This document shows positions 58,654-64,000 of a stretch of DNA of 64,000 nt, one piece after another (the first letter of the stretch is position 1; each line of letters begins with the position of its first letter). The DNA comes from a virus (Duplodnaviria; Heunggongvirae; Uroviricota; Caudoviricetes): the IMG/VR virus record IMGVR_UViG_3300033067_001661, positions 64,001-128,000 of that record; one strand, given 5' to 3'. The position numbers were made by a program, and so were the translations under genes. The notes below the pieces were generated by a model. That model worked only from the letters and a program-made list of their open reading frames with translations, was not told the origin of the DNA and ran no database searches.

Positions 58654-58658
58654 TCGAC
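58654..58658 (-). promoter_or_regulatory. GTCGA putative -10 element (leaderless)
   Basis: TTTTGTCGAGAATAACAT-ATG with no SD. Confidence 0.45.
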
Positions 58659-58690
58659 AAAAGCAACCTAGCGATTGCAGGAAATCACAA

Positions 58691-60019
58691 TCAGCAGGCG
58701 CAGAGAATGTTGTTCAAAAATATACCGCAACTATCGTCGCACGTTATTGTAAACGTTTTTTCTATTGAAGTATCTTCTACGCCACAAACTTTGATTCCAA
58801 CAACAGAAGATTCAACAAGTTTTGATAGAGAAGAGCGCTTGCTCTTTTTCTTGATATACTTGTTCAAATCCGCAGCCATATCATGATTCATAACAACATT
58901 ATCTTGTTCAAAGAGGGCAAGCTTTTCATACTTCTCAGCAGCCATGCCAACGTCTGTCTTGATACTTGAAAGGGACTTGCCAAACTTATAACCTAGCAAA
59001 TCAACGGCAGGAATAGGCTTATCTACAAGCTCTGTCATGTAATCATCAACCTTAATGACAAGAGACTTAATCAAGTAAGGTATAGAGCTAAAGAATGTTT
59101 CAATATGACCGCTATCAATAATTATGTAAGAAGAACGAGACATGAAAGGTACTATGCCAAATATAAGCAAGCACTTGCAAAGCCTGTCAGAAGATATTTC
59201 GCCGCCTCGATGAAGAGAAACGCATGGCTTAAGTTTTGCCTTATCAACAAAGCCAAAGGCATTACTTGCATGAAAGTATCCCGCAAGATAGTTTAGTACA
59301 ATTTCTTCATTCTGAGAAGCGACTTCTTTCAAGAAAGAGTCAATCAATGTAGCAACAACTTTGTTTTGAACCCTAACCAAATCTCCATTAATCTCTGGTT
59401 CAACAAGAAAGCATGAAGATATAGCATGAGCAAATATACTATTCACAACCTTGTCGTTAGCGCTGAAAAGAATGTCGCCAGTTTCAAGATTATAAGTTCC
59501 TTTGCAATCAATAAGGCCAGCAGCAAAAGCCAATCCCATCAAGAAACTAATAGACATAGAAGCGTCTGCTTGATGGATCTTGCCTCCAACTCTTTGCTTT
59601 ATAAGCGAACCCTTCTTATTGGGAAAGACATTTTCGATCTGAAAGTTGTTCTCTCGAAAAGAAAGAGACTTTGGCATCAAAAGCAAATCACCACCAACAA
59701 GCTCGCCAACAGAAGCCTTATTCAATTCTCCATTTTCATTAATGTAGACCATGCAATCATGCTGCAATTCTAGAAAAGAACCGCAACTCTGTATTCTCGC
59801 CAGCTTAGAAGGCGATGCTTCGACGCATGACTGAATTCGAACAACCTTTGATTGCCAGGTATCCTGGTCAAAACCCATTACCTGCAAACTTCCTTTTTTA
59901 AGGACATTTGGCAACTCGGAAACTCGATAGCTGTTTCCATAAAGATCATGCAGGAAAGAATTCCCGCCAACACCTTTGATACTAGAACTTATCTTGACTT
60001 GACCTTTCGACATGAACAT
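58691..60019 (-). CDS. free-standing degenerate intein-like protein (Hint and LAGLIDADG folds)
   Basis: Hint-N pattern (VGGNSFL..RVSEL..VMGFD..VGELVGGDLLLMP), LAGLIDADG-like FLMGLAFAAG and YLAGYFHA, Hint-C pattern KVCGVE..EKTFTITC..IFLNNILCAC-stop. Confidence 0.7.
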   Translation of the reverse strand: MFMSKGQVKISSSIKGVGGNSFLHDLYGNSYRVSELPNVLKKGSLQVMGFDQDTWQSKVVRIQSCVEASPSKLARIQSCGSFLELQHDCMVYINENGELNKASVGELVGGDLLLMPKSLSFRENNFQIENVFPNKKGSLIKQRVGGKIHQADASMSISFLMGLAFAAGLIDCKGTYNLETGDILFSANDKVVNSIFAHAISSCFLVEPEINGDLVRVQNKVVATLIDSFLKEVASQNEEIVLNYLAGYFHASNAFGFVDKAKLKPCVSLHRGGEISSDRLCKCLLIFGIVPFMSRSSYIIIDSGHIETFFSSIPYLIKSLVIKVDDYMTELVDKPIPAVDLLGYKFGKSLSSIKTDVGMAAEKYEKLALFEQDNVVMNHDMAADLNKYIKKKSKRSSLSKLVESSVVGIKVCGVEDTSIEKTFTITCDDSCGIFLNNILCAC

Positions 60020-60518
60020 GCTCTCTTAGTGGTTTGAGTATTACGAAAACGATGTTGTCTGTAACCCTTAATTCGTCCCATTTTGCAACATCTCCGAGGT
60101 CGGACACCGCCTTGTTGAGAAGTTCTTTCGCATTCGAAACGAACGCTCTTTCTCTTCCCTTTAGTTCGATTCCAAACTTAACAAGGCACTTCTTTTCAAG
60201 CATGCCTCTAATCTTCGTCTTTTTCACCTGAATGTCGTGTTCTCCTGTCTTCAAGTGAAACATCATTTCTTTTGTTTCGGTAGGTTTGCTACTGTTTTTC
60301 TTTTTTGAAGCTTCAAACTTAAGCTTGCCAGCGTCTGCAAACTTACAAATAGGAACACCCTTGTCATTCTTCGAAACCTGAACAAGGTCAAAACCTCGTT
60401 CCCTCGCTTGGGAGATTGCAAGTTTCCTGTTAGTCTCTCCCTTGCTGACCCCATTCTCGTCAATTACGATTACGGAGTAACCATAAATCTCTTCATTCGC
60501 CAAAATCCTGCCAGTCAC
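59982..60518 (-). CDS. infC: translation initiation factor IF-3
   Basis: NEEI..V.VIDENG, GFDLVQVS, PICK..DAGK, KEMMF..GEHDIQVK, KGRE; GTG start after AAGGAG. Confidence 0.88.
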   Translation of the reverse strand: MTGRILANEEIYGYSVIVIDENGVSKGETNRKLAISQARERGFDLVQVSKNDKGVPICKFADAGKLKFEASKKKNSSKPTETKEMMFHLKTGEHDIQVKKTKIRGMLEKKCLVKFGIELKGRERAFVSNAKELLNKAVSDLGDVAKWDELRVTDNIVFVILKPLREHVHVERSSQDKF

Positions 60519-60528
60519 AATAAGCTCC

Positions 60529-61422
60529 TTAATTCCTCGAAACAAAAGATATCTCGTTTATCGCTAAACTCTTGAGTAACGCATCTAATTGCGGGTCATA
60601 ATGTTTCTCTGTATACGGAGACATCTTCTTTGTTATTTCTTTGATTCTCTCAATAAACGCCGGTCCTGATTTCGTTGCGTCCTGATAAAAGCTCTGTATC
60701 ACTTCTCTGCTCTCTTTAGGAGACAAGCCCCTATTCGAAAGCAACCATGAAAAACAAACAACAATCCCATAGTTCATAAGAAATGCGACACCGCCAGAGT
60801 TGTAATACTCTTCAATCTTCGATAGATCAATTCTGTTTCCAAGCGCAACGCCTTGAACTTCCTTATGCTTATTGAGACTTACAAACTTCTGAGAAGCCCT
60901 ACGGGAACAGAAGTCATACAAATCAAAAGCCTCAACATTTAGCTCCTCTTCAATAAACCATTCTATGTAGGTCTTTACTATTGAATTTGATGGCGGAGCG
61001 GATAGCCTTCTTTCAAGTTCCTCTTTGATTCGCTTTGTAAAACGAGCATGAATCGCAGGACCAATTGTAACGGCAATTTTATCTCCGAGGCGCTTGTCTT
61101 TCTTTATACAGAGATAGCGAAGATAATTGAACATCGCTTTATCAGTCCAAAGATCTGGATGAATAGTATTAAAGCCCTTTGAGGTCTTTATATCTTTCCA
61201 TTTACAAACGCCAGTCTTCTGGCCGCTAGCCTTCTTAGTAGTTGGTCCGTCTACAATTTCAAGCTCGTCTTCTCCAATGATATCGAGAAGGCTATTCTTC
61301 TTCTTAGCTTTAGGACTAATCCCCTTACTGGTGTCCTTTTGACTTTGCGCAAGAATATCACCCATAAAGTCTTTTGTTTCTGTCTGCATTTTCTTACCTC
61401 TTTTGGGCATCGCTTTGACCAA
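60529..61422 (-). CDS. hypothetical protein
   Basis: long ORF overlapping neighbours; start uncertain. Confidence 0.55.
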   Translation of the reverse strand: MVKAMPKRGKKMQTETKDFMGDILAQSQKDTSKGISPKAKKKNSLLDIIGEDELEIVDGPTTKKASGQKTGVCKWKDIKTSKGFNTIHPDLWTDKAMFNYLRYLCIKKDKRLGDKIAVTIGPAIHARFTKRIKEELERRLSAPPSNSIVKTYIEWFIEEELNVEAFDLYDFCSRRASQKFVSLNKHKEVQGVALGNRIDLSKIEEYYNSGGVAFLMNYGIVVCFSWLLSNRGLSPKESREVIQSFYQDATKSGPAFIERIKEITKKMSPYTEKHYDPQLDALLKSLAINEISFVSRN

Positions 61423-62518
61423 TAATCAAATATTCTACACCTGACGAGTTTTCGGCTGAACGATACTTGTAATCGTACTGCATTGTCTTAACTATTACGT
61501 TCTTCCTAAACTCGCTTACCAACTCTTTAATCGTCTCAATTTTGGCCCAGCTACTATCATTGTAACTAATTGCCAAAGTTGCATTTGAATCCAAACTATC
61601 TAGTAACTTTCGGAAATGATCCTCATAAGTTTTAGCTTTCGAAAAAGACTTCGAAGCTGTCTTTAGATATTCAATATCTTGGAAAGATTTCCTAGCCAAG
61701 TATTCTTCTAAAAACTGATACATAAAAGCGTAATCGCTTTGCTGTCCACCATATGGAGGATCAATGTAAATTAGATCAAAGCTACGACCACTACCAACCG
61801 AATTACAAAAATCAAAGACATCATTATTGAAGAACATCGACGGAGGCCCTTCGCAAGGAAAATAGAAAGGCTTCATTGTCTTGAAATTCATTTCACTGTT
61901 ATCGTTTCTCTGATGCTGTAAACGATGTTCAAGAGATGCAATAATCTGTCCGCTATTAAGCCTACCGCCTACAAAGCAATGAGACATAATGAACTGCATC
62001 ATTGTCGAATGAGCAATACAGGCTCTAACATGATCATTTACAAATCGCTCTTCTACGTTTGCGAAGTAATTGTCAATAAAAACAGCTTCCGCACTAGTTA
62101 AACGAGAACCTGCGTGAGTCTTTTCCATAAAGGAATCAGACTTCGAATTCTTATTAGATAAGAGGAATTCCCAATCTTCGTCGGAAATCTTACTATTCCA
62201 ACCCTGCGTCAAAGAAACGCCATTCATATAAGAAGAACGAAGCAACTCATTCGAATAAACTTCTTTGCCGAACTTCTTAAAGAAAGCTCCAACAACAGCA
62301 GAGCCAGCAAACAAATCAAGTACCGAGCTAAAAGAATCAAAAGAAACTTCGCTATTTAGCTCAATAGCAATATCTGCCAAAATTTTGCGTTTGTTACCGA
62401 CATATGGATTACTCAAACTATTGAAATCAGCTTGAGTATTCAAAGCCTTTTCAATAAAAAGCTCTTCTTTGGTTTCGGCAAACAAGTTACCAAACTGTTC
62501 TCGATTTTTACGAGCCAT
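61394..62518 (-). CDS. DNA adenine methyltransferase (D12/FokI-like)
   Basis: YVGNKRK, LDLFAGS, LIYIDPPY, ISYN. Confidence 0.88.
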   Translation of the reverse strand: MARKNREQFGNLFAETKEELFIEKALNTQADFNSLSNPYVGNKRKILADIAIELNSEVSFDSFSSVLDLFAGSAVVGAFFKKFGKEVYSNELLRSSYMNGVSLTQGWNSKISDEDWEFLLSNKNSKSDSFMEKTHAGSRLTSAEAVFIDNYFANVEERFVNDHVRACIAHSTMMQFIMSHCFVGGRLNSGQIIASLEHRLQHQRNDNSEMNFKTMKPFYFPCEGPPSMFFNNDVFDFCNSVGSGRSFDLIYIDPPYGGQQSDYAFMYQFLEEYLARKSFQDIEYLKTASKSFSKAKTYEDHFRKLLDSLDSNATLAISYNDSSWAKIETIKELVSEFRKNVIVKTMQYDYKYRSAENSSGVEYLIIGQSDAQKR

Positions 62519-63985
62519 TTAGGTTGTACCCTTGAAATCTTTGATTACGAATTCTGGTTCAGTTTCGTAGATTCTTCGACGCGCTCTACTATGAGCAAGC
62601 ATGTACTTCATATTATCGTGAAAATCGACAATGTAAGCATCCTTTTTCACGAAGCCAGAAGTAGGATCTTCAAAAGTTCTGATTACACGCCCAATTCTTT
62701 GCAAAGCTCTGGTTTGAGATTTTCCAGAACCCGCAAGAATAAGACCATCAAGAGGTTTAACATCAACGCCTTCGTCAAAGATTGATGTTGCGATAGTAAC
62801 AGGAACCTTCTTCAATCTCATATCATCAATATGAGTTTGACGAACCTTATGACCCTTGCTACCATGAACAAAGAAACTATCAGGAATCATTGACTCCAAA
62901 AGCTCGCCATGCTCAATATGACGAACGAGAATCAAAACGTGTCTACCTTCTTTAACCATATTCTGCGCAATGTTCCCGATTAACAGGTTGCGCTCTTCAT
63001 TCTGAACAATACCTTCTTTATAGGCTGTTGCATAGTTGATATCTTCGTCCATAGACTTTCGAGTATGAACAAAGTAAATAGTTGGCTTAACTAAGATTCC
63101 CTTACGAATAAGAAACGACGCATTGATCTCATGAATAAGCTTGCCAAAGCAAGAATCAATGAGCAAGTCATCGCCCATGTCTCGCCAAGGTGTCGCCGAG
63201 AGTCCAAAACGGAATCTAGCATTAACAGAATGGTCAGCTAAGATCTGGCAAGTTTCAGCAGCCCAGTGCTGAACTTCGTCGCAAATGATTCCCTTCGCAT
63301 TATGAATGAGAGACGCTATTGCTTCTCTCTTCTGCTGAAGCTCTTCCGAAATATCTTCTACCTCGTCTTCCTCGTCAAACTTATGGTACTTTTCCCCAAC
63401 CGCTCTAATAGCCGTTTGAACAGTAAGAACATTTACGTCCTTGATATCAAACTTACCACCGCCAATACTACCAACCTTGAGGGGACTTCCATTTTGGAGC
63501 AAGAACTTTTCTAGTTCGTCTTTTGCCTGCCTAAGCAAATCATTGGAAGTTACATAGAAGATAAAAGGAGCAGCGCTTAGCTTCTGGATAATACCAGCAC
63601 CAATAGCTGTCTTTCCGCCTCCAGTAGCAACTTTAATAATGCCTCGTTGTTGATTGACGGCTTTATCAATAACCTCCTGCTGATAATCTCTAACTTGAAA
63701 AGAAGGGCTAGGGGTTAAAACGATATTGTTTGTCTTCGCTTCTGTTCGCTCGTCAACAGTTGTAACATCAACGCCATAAGCCCTAAAAAACTCAAGCGCT
63801 CTACTATACAAGCCTGTTGGAAAATGAACGCCGTCTTTCTTGAGAGAACACTTACAGTATGTCTTATTGAAGCATACGGTTGTAACATATCCGTCCCAGT
63901 TTTTAGCGTTCTTGCCTCGCCAAATTGCATTTGGATCTTTATAGCCAAGAGTTTTCTTGAACTCCTGATAAAGCTCTTTGGTCAT
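62519..63985 (-). CDS. SF2 DEAD/DEAH-box helicase (UvsW/ResIII-like)
   Basis: RDYQQE, ATGGGKT, DEVQH, GLSATP, FDEGVD, QRIGR. Confidence 0.9.
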   Translation of the reverse strand: MTKELYQEFKKTLGYKDPNAIWRGKNAKNWDGYVTTVCFNKTYCKCSLKKDGVHFPTGLYSRALEFFRAYGVDVTTVDERTEAKTNNIVLTPSPSFQVRDYQQEVIDKAVNQQRGIIKVATGGGKTAIGAGIIQKLSAAPFIFYVTSNDLLRQAKDELEKFLLQNGSPLKVGSIGGGKFDIKDVNVLTVQTAIRAVGEKYHKFDEEDEVEDISEELQQKREAIASLIHNAKGIICDEVQHWAAETCQILADHSVNARFRFGLSATPWRDMGDDLLIDSCFGKLIHEINASFLIRKGILVKPTIYFVHTRKSMDEDINYATAYKEGIVQNEERNLLIGNIAQNMVKEGRHVLILVRHIEHGELLESMIPDSFFVHGSKGHKVRQTHIDDMRLKKVPVTIATSIFDEGVDVKPLDGLILAGSGKSQTRALQRIGRVIRTFEDPTSGFVKKDAYIVDFHDNMKYMLAHSRARRRIYETEPEFVIKDFKGTT

Positions 63986-64000
63986 TTTGCCAACGACAAA

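Noticed and set aside
60519-60521. ATT start for infC as in E. coli autoregulation
   Set aside because: ATT is only 3 nt from the AAGGAG SD, while the adjacent GTG has a better 6 nt spacing; not excluded but unsupported.
63986-64000. GTCG upstream of the SF2 helicase as a fifth leaderless promoter
   Set aside because: Reads GTCGTT with shorter spacing, and the context is cut by the window edge.
1-64000. tRNA, rRNA, IS elements or integrase
   Set aside because: None recognised by eye and intergenic space is minimal; tRNAscan-SE and Infernal were not run.

Overview
Densely packed segment, almost entirely on the minus strand, most consistent with a jumbo/huge bacteriophage replication and metabolism region. 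This is an inference: no virion structural genes, rRNA, tRNA or CRISPR array were seen, but gp32-like SSB, dNMP kinase, Cas4-like nuclease, a Gam/Gp157-like protein and free-standing homing endonucleases are typical of phages. It encodes a bacterial-type replisome (DnaE, DnaN, DnaX, HolA, DnaB, DnaG, DnaC-like loader, TopA, PcrA, RecA, SF2 helicase), a SigH-family sigma factor, SpoVS, IF-3, six DNA methyltransferases, four homing endonucleases and an ~18.5 kb glycan cluster (GDP-fucose, nonulosonic acid, glycosyltransferases, methyltransferases). Most notable observations: (1) IMPDH is fractured by a natural split intein, with a homing endonuclease and a putative restriction-modification pair between the halves. 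(2) DnaE is split into two genes without an intein, again with a nuclease and methylase in the gap. (3) The primase zinc finger and catalytic core are separate genes. (4) A stand-alone intein-like ORF lacks exteins and apparently all catalytic residues. (5) A consensus sigma-H promoter precedes ssb, and a GTCGA motif recurs 9-10 nt before four SD-less ATGs, suggesting leaderless mRNAs, alongside a divergent phage IF-3. (6) A methylase is interrupted at its SPPY motif by TAT-TAG-CT-TAT, which resembles a ribosomal bypass site. All family assignments come from motif recognition by eye; no searches were run.
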